In this document: positions 48,185 to 55,581 of the stretch, piece after piece
Position numbering within the stretch: the first letter of the stretch is position 1
Layout: each line of letters starts with the position of its first letter
Assembly: GCA_021325135.1 (NCBI GenBank)
Contig: JAJPHT010000037.1
Span: 1 to 60,947, forward strand
Direction: 5' to 3'
Origin: Pseudomonadota bacterium
GTDB taxonomy: Archaea > Thermoplasmatota > SW-10-69-26 > JACQPN01 > JAJPHT01
Length of the DNA: 60,947 nucleotides
Position numbers and translations under genes: made by a program
The notes under the pieces: generated by a model
Told to the model about the DNA's origin: nothing
The model's database searches: none
What the model saw: the letters and a program-made list of their open reading frames with translations, nothing else

Positions 48185-49909
48185 CTACTCCTCTAGGAGG
48201 ACGGGGGGAGTATCCTCGGGCTTGGTCAGTTCATTGTCCTCCTCTTCGCCGGTTGCCACGCCTTGGATTCCCAACAAGTTGGAGACAACGAGCACGTCGA
48301 GACCGTCGAGATTGAGCCGTGGTGCCTGCGTGGCCCCCACGTCGAGCTTGAGTGTACGAGAAAGCGACCACGTCACGATCCCAGCAAGGTTGCGCTGCTT
48401 CGCTTCACGCAGATGCTTCACGTTAATGGAATGCTGGACCCCGTAGAAGCGTGGCTCGCTCCACCCGCCATTCTCGCGCGTCTGGAGCAGGACGAGGCCG
48501 TGCTGCTCGGGGCTGAAAGACAGAAGACGGTAGTCCTCGGCGACCCGGCTGACGGCGGAGTCAAGCGCGCTGTTGGCCAAGAGACTCTGGAAAACCAGCA
48601 GCGTGCCAATCTTCTCTTGAGGCTCAAAATAGGGCCCCCCAGCGAGCGTCTCGGGAAGCTCGCGGCGCGTGCTCAAGTCAAGGACTGTGAATGTGATGCG
48701 GTTGTTCGCCTCCGAGTGGTCCCAGGCTGCCTTGCACTCCTGCAGTTCCCGGTAGCCTTGGCCGGCGAAGCGCGGGCCTTTCTCGATCGTCTCGCCCAGA
48801 TACTCGAAGCGGCGGCCGCGCAGGGCATCATTGATCAGTTGGCGCACGGCACGCACGAGCGCGTCGTACACGCTTCCGTCACCGGTGTCCACGAAGTCCT
48901 CGCGGCTCATGGTCAATTGCAAGTCCTGGCAGTTCACGAGGACGTGGAAGCTCTGCCATTCGCCGCTGTTGCCCGTCACCTCTTCGTTGACACTTCGGAT
49001 GGCGAAGTGGTCCTTGCAAAGGAATACGCCCTTGAAACGCTTCTTGATGCGACGGTCCTTGACGACATGCGCGTTGGCTCCCACAACGGCGCCCGCCACC
49101 TGCGCTTCCGCCAGAGGTCTTCCTGCCTCGTCCTTGACAGTGAATTTGAAAGGATCGAACACATAGACGAAGTCGTTGGGGTCCAAGGGGCCTGCACCCT
49201 TCCGGCGAGGGGGTGCTTCGGGAAGGAGGTGACCGTTGACAACGTCGGTGCTGTCGGGCCGGTTGATGTGGCGCCGCGTGACCCTGACCTCGAACCTTGG
49301 GGACTTCGTCGAGCCCTTGAGCTTCGGCTCGAAGATTTCTCGTGCGCTTCCTGCAGCTGAGTACCACCGCAGGTAGTTGACGATGCCATCGACGCTCAAG
49401 AGCGGCGACTGCGTGTTTACGGGGATGCCGGAGATCTCGATGCGTGTTCCGTACTTGAACCGCAACACGTGCTTTGCGCGCCGGACTTCAAAACTGGGGA
49501 GGCGACCTTCCTTGAGCGCATCGACGGGGGCGTTGAGGGTTGCCTCATACGAGTGCCCATCCTTCGTAATCGTCTGCACGCGAACACGCCGGCTATTGAA
49601 GTAGAGCTTCGTGCCCAGTCCCTTGTGCCCGATGAAAGCGCCGCCTGTTTTCTCCGGAATCTTTTCCGACATGGCAAGCCCGAAGAACTGTGAAAACCGG
49701 TTGCGCTCGATGCCGTGGCCGTTGTCCTCGATGATGAGGTCCAGCGTGTCGCGCGAGAGCGGGTTGATGTCGAGGTGGACGCGTCTCGCCCCAGCATCCC
49801 ACGCGTTGCTGACGGCTTCGCGCAGAATGCTGCGGGGATCGCGCTTCTCGCGGATGACCTGAAGGAACAGGCTTGCATCGTTGATTTCGCAGGTTTCCAA
49901 GGACTTCAC
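48185..49909 (-). CDS. GHKL (HATPase_c_3/MORC-like) ATPase with S5-like domain and possibly degenerate C-terminal nuclease-like domain
   Basis: LREAVSNAWDA, IEDNGHGI, IGHKGLGTK, GTRIEI; GTG start overlaps TGT stop (GTGA). Confidence 0.88.
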   Translation of the reverse strand: MKSLETCEINDASLFLQVIREKRDPRSILREAVSNAWDAGARRVHLDINPLSRDTLDLIIEDNGHGIERNRFSQFFGLAMSEKIPEKTGGAFIGHKGLGTKLYFNSRRVRVQTITKDGHSYEATLNAPVDALKEGRLPSFEVRRAKHVLRFKYGTRIEISGIPVNTQSPLLSVDGIVNYLRWYSAAGSAREIFEPKLKGSTKSPRFEVRVTRRHINRPDSTDVVNGHLLPEAPPRRKGAGPLDPNDFVYVFDPFKFTVKDEAGRPLAEAQVAGAVVGANAHVVKDRRIKKRFKGVFLCKDHFAIRSVNEEVTGNSGEWQSFHVLVNCQDLQLTMSREDFVDTGDGSVYDALVRAVRQLINDALRGRRFEYLGETIEKGPRFAGQGYRELQECKAAWDHSEANNRITFTVLDLSTRRELPETLAGGPYFEPQEKIGTLLVFQSLLANSALDSAVSRVAEDYRLLSFSPEQHGLVLLQTRENGGWSEPRFYGVQHSINVKHLREAKQRNLAGIVTWSLSRTLKLDVGATQAPRLNLDGLDVLVVSNLLGIQGVATGEEEDNELTKPEDTPPVLLEE

Positions 49910-52122
49910 TCCGCGGGGATGTGCTTTCGAATCTCCTCGATGAGCTGGGCGACGTTGGTGGCGGAGCGGAACTCGCTCACCGTGTGCGCACGAAGGGGGG
50001 ATGGAAGGAGAGCGGCGTTGCGTCGGCCCTCCAAGGCGAGGCCGAACGCTTTGCGGTAGGGCTTGGGCGTGCAATAGCCGACGACGAAGTCGTATCGCCC
50101 CTCGTGTTGCTTGAGGAACCGCTGTGTCCGCTCGGCAACCAGATCGATGCGATCCTTGTTGCTTGTGTGAAGCATGTAGTCGTAAGCAAGGACGTTGGTC
50201 GTCGTCTCAAATGACTCCGGAACGGGGCCATAATTGCCGCTGATCGTGACTTTGTGGACGAGGCCCATGGGGATGCCCGCCGCGCGCAAGCTCTTGTCAA
50301 TGAAGCGATGCGTGGATGACTCCGCGTAGGGCTTGCGCTTTGTGCATGGCAGGAGGAGCAGCACTGGGACCCGTGGCATCTGATAGTCCGTGCTCAGAAT
50401 GTCGAAGTCTTGGGGTCCCAGATGGGCATTCACTTGGATTTCGGCTGCAGCAGAGCCGCGGGATCGCCCTTCGACTGGCCGCCCGCTCAGGTCCATCTGC
50501 ATGGGCGCTGGGCGGGAGGTGGACGCTGAAACGTGCGTAGGGCGCGTGGTGACGCGTGATCCCAGCCGCTTCACGCCGACCTTCCACATGTACTCGCTTA
50601 GTTCAGGATGAATGGAAGTCATCGTCTGCAACACTTTGCGATGCTTGATGTTGCTCGCGGCGGTTGCGATGAGACGTTCTATGGGCTCCGTGCCACGCTT
50701 CGCGCTGCGAAGCATCTCGGCCATCACAAGGCCCGTCTCCATGTTGTGCAGCGAGAGAAGCGCATAGAAGTAGGACCGAGGAACGCCTGGCGGCGTATCC
50801 TCAAGGCCGTCCTTCTGGGCGCGCGTCTTTGGCGGAGAGCGCTGGTGATCGACGTAGCCATCCTTCCATTCGAAGTAGCCGCTGTAGCTCTCTGTCTGGG
50901 GCGACATGATCCACTGCGCCGCCGCTAAGCCCTCAGTCGGCGCGCCGCGCGGCGCGTTCTCCCAGCGGCCGCGCTTGATAAGGGTGCAGCCACGACACCC
51001 GCACGGCAACTCCCTAAGCGTTTCGAACCGCCAGGGCGTGAAGCCACCAGGGCTCAGGTACGTGAGATTATGGGACGCTTGGACGAAGGAAGAGCCATCG
51101 TAGGTGTCCACGCCCATGAGCGTCAGGAAAGGCGCCAGCCCGCTGTTGACGCCGAACGCATGGATGGGGATGCGTGACGGGTCCAGTGACGGATCAATCT
51201 CGTCCGCGCGGTGGAAGACTTCCATGGCACCGCGCACAGAGTCCATAAGGGCGCGTGGCGACGAATTCAGCGGCACAAGCGAGCCCAAAGCGAGACCGAA
51301 GGGCCGGTCCTGCAGCCCCTCATCCACGACGCGACCTAAGATGGCACGCATGTAGTCATGCATCTCGCGTCGGTTGCGGCCGTGGACTGCGAGGTAGACG
51401 AGCTTCTCATCTGCATCCTCGCGGCCGGAATCTTTGAGAAGCTGCAACGTCTGGATGGCGTTATCCATGGACTGGACAAACCGCTCGCGGGCATCAGCGT
51501 CTGGGGCCGCCGGGTGAACAGGATAGTCAAGGCTCGCTAGGAAATCGCCTCCGAATGCGAGCTGCAGGTTGAGGATGTCTCGGGGGACCGCGCGCCAGCC
51601 ATAACGTGACAGGTCAATCTGCTGCGACGAGAGGAGCTTGTAGCCGCCCGAGTCGAGGAAAAGGAATGGCGGCTGGCGGCGAGGACGCATGTCGGCTGGC
51701 GCGTTCCGCAACTCTTCCCGCAAGTAGTTGGGAATGGTGCGCCCTCTCCCGCTGCGCGTCCCCAGCCATCGGTCCAGCATGTCATCAGAGATGTGATAGT
51801 CCAGGAAATGCAAGACTTGGGTCAGGAAGCCTTCCATCTCCGGGAACGTCGAGGCACCGTCGGGGTACTCATCGGTGGAGTATGGCACGCCAACGTCTCG
51901 CAGAGTGAGCCGTTTGAGCCATTTCCAGACGCCACCGTTCGCCATGAGCGGCCCATAGCCGTTCAAGTAGTCCGCCTGAGTGGGAGGTCCGGTGATGATG
52001 TTCAGGATGGGATGGAAGTGGGGAGTGTGCAACTCACGCTTGCGTGAGCCATCGCGTGCGAGAAACGTACCCGTGCGCAGGTGGAGGCGGCCTGTCTCCT
52101 TGGACTCGAACGCGATGGGCAT
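49906..52122 (-). CDS. tRNA-guanine-transglycosylase-like protein fused to ArcS/DUF5591-like domain
   Basis: TP.F.P, FLDSGGY, SLDYP, AVHG, ALGSLVP, PIHAFGV, GVDTYDGSS, LPCGCRGC...LHN; C-terminal LLLPCTKRKPYAESSTH. Confidence 0.88.
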   Translation of the reverse strand: MPIAFESKETGRLHLRTGTFLARDGSRKRELHTPHFHPILNIITGPPTQADYLNGYGPLMANGGVWKWLKRLTLRDVGVPYSTDEYPDGASTFPEMEGFLTQVLHFLDYHISDDMLDRWLGTRSGRGRTIPNYLREELRNAPADMRPRRQPPFLFLDSGGYKLLSSQQIDLSRYGWRAVPRDILNLQLAFGGDFLASLDYPVHPAAPDADARERFVQSMDNAIQTLQLLKDSGREDADEKLVYLAVHGRNRREMHDYMRAILGRVVDEGLQDRPFGLALGSLVPLNSSPRALMDSVRGAMEVFHRADEIDPSLDPSRIPIHAFGVNSGLAPFLTLMGVDTYDGSSFVQASHNLTYLSPGGFTPWRFETLRELPCGCRGCTLIKRGRWENAPRGAPTEGLAAAQWIMSPQTESYSGYFEWKDGYVDHQRSPPKTRAQKDGLEDTPPGVPRSYFYALLSLHNMETGLVMAEMLRSAKRGTEPIERLIATAASNIKHRKVLQTMTSIHPELSEYMWKVGVKRLGSRVTTRPTHVSASTSRPAPMQMDLSGRPVEGRSRGSAAAEIQVNAHLGPQDFDILSTDYQMPRVPVLLLLPCTKRKPYAESSTHRFIDKSLRAAGIPMGLVHKVTISGNYGPVPESFETTTNVLAYDYMLHTSNKDRIDLVAERTQRFLKQHEGRYDFVVGYCTPKPYRKAFGLALEGRRNAALLPSPLRAHTVSEFRSATNVAQLIEEIRKHIPAE

Positions 52123-52245
52123 CCCGAACACCAGTGCGAGCAAAGCGGCGCGCCGCCCGCCAACACAACCTGAGTTGTGTAGGGAGTAGACCTCGCTTCA
52201 CGTATGAAGCCGACAGGGGGTGCAGTGGAAGGACACCTCGAGAGC

Positions 52246-54066
52246 TCAGGGTTTTCTCGCCTTCTTGCTCGTTGCCTTCTTCGTGACTACTTTCTGCTTG
52301 GCGGGTCCTGCGGGCTTAACTGACGTCTGAATCTTCTTCCAAGCCTCACCTGAGAGGAAGTCTTGCACCTTGTCCTCAAGGATCTCCGAAAACTTTTTCT
52401 CGGACAATCCCGAGGTCAACAGATTCGTATTTGTCCTCGTTTTGAGCGTTTCCTTGACCGTAGAGTCCTGATAGAATCGTTGCACTATCTCGTGGGCACC
52501 TGCCATCAATGCTTCCATGAGAGGACGGTCGTCCAGGGTAGCCTGCAGGCTATTGGGAGAGACATCGCGATAGTCCGAGGTAAGTTCCTTGGACTTGACG
52601 AGAAGTCGCCAAGTAAGGTTCGTGAACAACCACTTGGCTTTACGATATCGAGTCCGTAGGGGGTCTTCCCCGCGCTTCGTGTTGCCTCCGTAGTCCCAGT
52701 GCGCCTTGCCGTACTGAGCCACGAGGAAAGGGAACAGCAGGAGGTTGGGGTGCGGATCGGCAGGAAACGTGATGTCGCCTGGCTCAAGAGACGTTGTGCC
52801 ACCTGCGTACGCAACGCCCGGGCCCTTTGCGAGCGAGGTGTACGCCTGCAGCGCGTCAATTGCCCGGATCCAGGCCTGTGGTGGACTCCATAAATACCTC
52901 CACTCTTCGCGACCGCGATACTTGGAGCGGATCGAATCGTCCAAGTTGGCCCATTCCTTCTCCTGGATTTCGTAGAAGTAGTTCATCTTCGAGAAGAGGT
53001 TGTGAAGGTGGCGTTGAACATCGTCTAGGGCAAAGAGGTGCTTGCCCTTGACGGCATTCTGCCTGTTGGTATACATTGTAATGAAGTCGATGATGTCCGG
53101 GCGCTGAATGATCCGAACAAGAACGTCCCCATGAAGGCGTTTGGGGCTTCGATCCCGCGCAATGTTACGGACGACTCTCGATGTCTGACACCCGTTGACG
53201 ACTTGGGGGCCCGTGAGCGTCAGCGTGCCGCTCTTCAGCTGGAAGGCCTCACAAACAATAGTGATCCCGTTGTTGAAGTACCAGAACATCTCGGGCTGTT
53301 CTAGAATCGTGGATGCAATCCCTTGGTGCACAGTGGGGAGCCCGTCATTCTTCTTCAAATTAAACGTTGTAGGGCCCGAATAGTTACGGATGTTGCTCGC
53401 GAACAAGCCAAGCCGCTCGGACTCCTTGACCAGCGTAGCCAAGCTTGCGAGAGGCATTGCAACCACAACCGAAGAGTCATACTTGATGTGCCCAGCCTTG
53501 GCCGAGACTTTGAGTTTGAAGGTCTTGTCACTGATCTGCTTGGGGATGGCTTGCGTCTGAGGCGTGGCGAGCTTCTCTAAGTCCCAAACCTCGAGTTCGG
53601 GGCGCTCTCCTGCCCAGGCTTCAATCTTCGTCTTCTGGGCTGCAGTCAAGACATTGTCTGTGACGTAGATGGCGCGCAGCATCTTCCCGTTCTCGGCAAT
53701 CTCGTTCTCAGCAATGCGTTCGATGAGTTCTTTCACCCTCTGCGACTTTGCGGTCTTGATTCCTTTCTTCCAACGGGGAATTGCGTCTTTGAACGAACTC
53801 AATGCGGCCCACTTGTGGGCCGACCCGTACTTGCCTTGGATCACGTAGATGGTACCTGAGTCCACGACCAAGGCGTCAATTTCGTCATCTGGGCCGCCGG
53901 TCAGGAGAGAATCCAGCACCTCGGATTCGACGTCAGGGAGTAGGGTCTCGACCGCCCACTTTGTGAAAGCTCTGCCCTTCTCGACTGCCGAGGCGTTTGC
54001 CCCAATGCCCTCCTGTTTGAAGAACGTAGCAATTGCCGACCGCACAATATCGTGGCTCGCACCCAT
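52246..54066 (-). CDS. AIPR (abortive infection phage resistance) family protein
   Basis: LFASNIRNY, PEMFWYFNNGITIVC, QVVNGCQTS, ITMYTNRQNAVK; N-terminal DDEIDA..IQGKY. Confidence 0.9.
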   Translation of the reverse strand: MGASHDIVRSAIATFFKQEGIGANASAVEKGRAFTKWAVETLLPDVESEVLDSLLTGGPDDEIDALVVDSGTIYVIQGKYGSAHKWAALSSFKDAIPRWKKGIKTAKSQRVKELIERIAENEIAENGKMLRAIYVTDNVLTAAQKTKIEAWAGERPELEVWDLEKLATPQTQAIPKQISDKTFKLKVSAKAGHIKYDSSVVVAMPLASLATLVKESERLGLFASNIRNYSGPTTFNLKKNDGLPTVHQGIASTILEQPEMFWYFNNGITIVCEAFQLKSGTLTLTGPQVVNGCQTSRVVRNIARDRSPKRLHGDVLVRIIQRPDIIDFITMYTNRQNAVKGKHLFALDDVQRHLHNLFSKMNYFYEIQEKEWANLDDSIRSKYRGREEWRYLWSPPQAWIRAIDALQAYTSLAKGPGVAYAGGTTSLEPGDITFPADPHPNLLLFPFLVAQYGKAHWDYGGNTKRGEDPLRTRYRKAKWLFTNLTWRLLVKSKELTSDYRDVSPNSLQATLDDRPLMEALMAGAHEIVQRFYQDSTVKETLKTRTNTNLLTSGLSEKKFSEILEDKVQDFLSGEAWKKIQTSVKPAGPAKQKVVTKKATSKKARKP

Positions 54067-54416
54067 GCGTTACCGGCCGCTCCCACCGATGTTGCTTGCC
54101 TTAAACTCCTGTGCGCTCACGCGTGCGCTCGACACCCGGCATCACGTTGGGCGGCGCCCTGCTCCAGTAATGCTTACATATCCAGTGTTCTCATGGGTTT
54201 TCCCTGCCCGCCGCTACGCACCCCTCGGAGAGCCGGGACCCGACGCTTCAACCGTGTCGAGTCCCCCTGTGACGTGGGCCGCTGACGGGCGGGTCACCTT
54301 CATCCGTGCGGCGGAGGCTGGGGAAGCCCCGCCCGTCGCACCCCCCTCCGTCAAGGAGGTGGCGCGGAGATCCCGCGCCTGCCGGTGAGACGGAACGCAG
54401 ACGGGCGGGCCACTTT

Positions 54417-55163
54417 CTACGCGGACGGGTGCAGGCGGCGCCGCACGAACGCGGGCGGGTAGTACGCGGCGAGGCTCGCGACCGCCGCGCCCAGGCCCAG
54501 GACGACGAGGGTGAGGAAGATCACGACGTCGTTGGCGAAGAGGCGCGCCGCGAGGCCGCCTCCGAGGTAGGCGAGGATGCTGCCGCCCAGGAGCGCGATG
54601 CGATATCGTTTTTCGGGGTCCTGCACGCGCCGCAGGAGGCCGAAGTAGCCCAGGCTCGCGAGGATGGGCGGCAGGCCGACGACCGCGTAGACGAGGCGGT
54701 AGAGGGGCGCGCTGTCGTCCACCTCGACGAGCCACGTCTTGACGCGAAGCGTCTGCGGCCCGGAGAACGTGGCGTAGGCGAACGTCGCGGCGGCGACCAG
54801 GTAGAGGAGCGCCAGGGGGATGGCCGCGCTCGTCCTTCCGGTGTAGAGGTAGAGGAGGTAGAACGTGAGGCCCCACACCGAGGCGCACAGCAGGGGGATG
54901 GCGACGATGCGCGAGCCCAGGTAGGTGCCCAGGTCGAGCGCGCCGACGCCGGCCGCCATGGTGAGGCTCCCCTGGAGGACGAGGTACGCGCCCAGGCAGA
55001 GCCACCACGCGGTGTGCGCGCGCCGCGCGAGGCGGGCCGCGTCGCTGGCGAGGCGCTGCGACACGGCGCGCGCCACGATGGCGAACCCCACGCCGGTCAC
55101 GACCGACAGGGCGCCGGCCAGGAGGAGGGTGGCGCTGCTCACCTGGAGAAGGGCCTTGTGCAT
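54417..55163 (-). CDS. Multi-pass membrane protein, paralogue of 4421-5284
   Basis: WW..LG, WGL..YL.YL.TGR, LPPIL, AAY.PPA shared motifs; start could be GTG at 55142. Confidence 0.8.
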   Translation of the reverse strand: MHKALLQVSSATLLLAGALSVVTGVGFAIVARAVSQRLASDAARLARRAHTAWWLCLGAYLVLQGSLTMAAGVGALDLGTYLGSRIVAIPLLCASVWGLTFYLLYLYTGRTSAAIPLALLYLVAAATFAYATFSGPQTLRVKTWLVEVDDSAPLYRLVYAVVGLPPILASLGYFGLLRRVQDPEKRYRIALLGGSILAYLGGGLAARLFANDVVIFLTLVVLGLGAAVASLAAYYPPAFVRRRLHPSA

Positions 55164-55228
55164 CCGCTTCAAAGCATCGAGACGCCGCAGGGCCTGGCTT
55201 TGAGGAGGAAGCTCGCGGGCCCCTCCCA

Positions 55229-55343
55229 CGCGGCCTGCGGCCGCGCGGGGCCCTCCCGCTCGGGTTCGGCCGAACTGCGGTTCGGCCTCCCACTTTTTCT
55301 TCAGCGGAAGCGCCAGGGCGCTTCCGCTGAAGAAAAAAGTGGG
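55229..55343. repeat. Palindromic element abutting tRNA 3' end (possible terminator)
   Basis: cccactttttcttcagcggaagcgcc (55289-55314)/ggcgcttccgctgaagaaaaaagtggg (55317-55343); cgcggcc-tgc-ggccgcg (55229-55245). Confidence 0.75.
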
Positions 55344-55413
55344 CCTGCCGAGATTTGAACTCGGGGCAAAAGCTCCGCAAGCTTTCAGGTTATCCAGACT
55401 ACCCCACAGGCCC
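55340..55413 (-). tRNA. tRNA-Arg (anticodon GCG), intronless, no encoded CCA
   Basis: GGGCCTG acceptor/CAGGCCC-A; anticodon arm AAAGC-TTGCGGA-GCTTT; T arm CCGAG-TTCAAAT-CTCGG; 74 nt. Confidence 0.96.
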
Positions 55414-55581
55414 GGTTGCAACGCGCTCCCCCTTGTGGGGTGGGGGGCACGGGCGCCTCATTCACGACCCCCTATTTGAGCCTTCTCGGCCCCTCGGGTG
55501 CTCGCGGCGCGCGCCGTTCGCGAGGGGAATACCCTTATGGCCGGGAGCGGGACTTGGCCGCACCATCCGGGGTCGTGTCCC

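Larger units (their letters stand above)
48185..54066 (-). other. Lower-GC accessory island (AIPR - TGT/DUF5591 - GHKL ATPase)
   Basis: Composition and codon usage change abruptly (e.g. 52381-52440 is 27/60 GC versus 49/60 at 8041-8100); three co-oriented genes. Confidence 0.85.

Noticed and set aside
49906-52122. Housekeeping archaeosine tRNA-guanine transglycosylase (tgtA) or ArcS
   Set aside because: No PUA domain, foreign composition, and coupling to a GHKL ATPase; canonical ArcS has a degenerate TGT domain, whereas the catalytic motifs here are intact. Not formally excluded without a phylogeny.
54200-54416. SRP RNA/RNase P RNA or a small ORF in the island's right flank
   Set aside because: No SRP helix-8 or RNase P consensus motifs seen; the 39-aa GTG ORF has no supporting features.
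48043-55413. Integrative element at tRNA-Arg carrying the AIPR/TGT/GHKL island
   Set aside because: No integrase or transposase, and no duplicate of the tRNA 3' end near 48050; cggcccgctccc (48122) versus cggccgctccc (~54074) is too short in GC-rich DNA.
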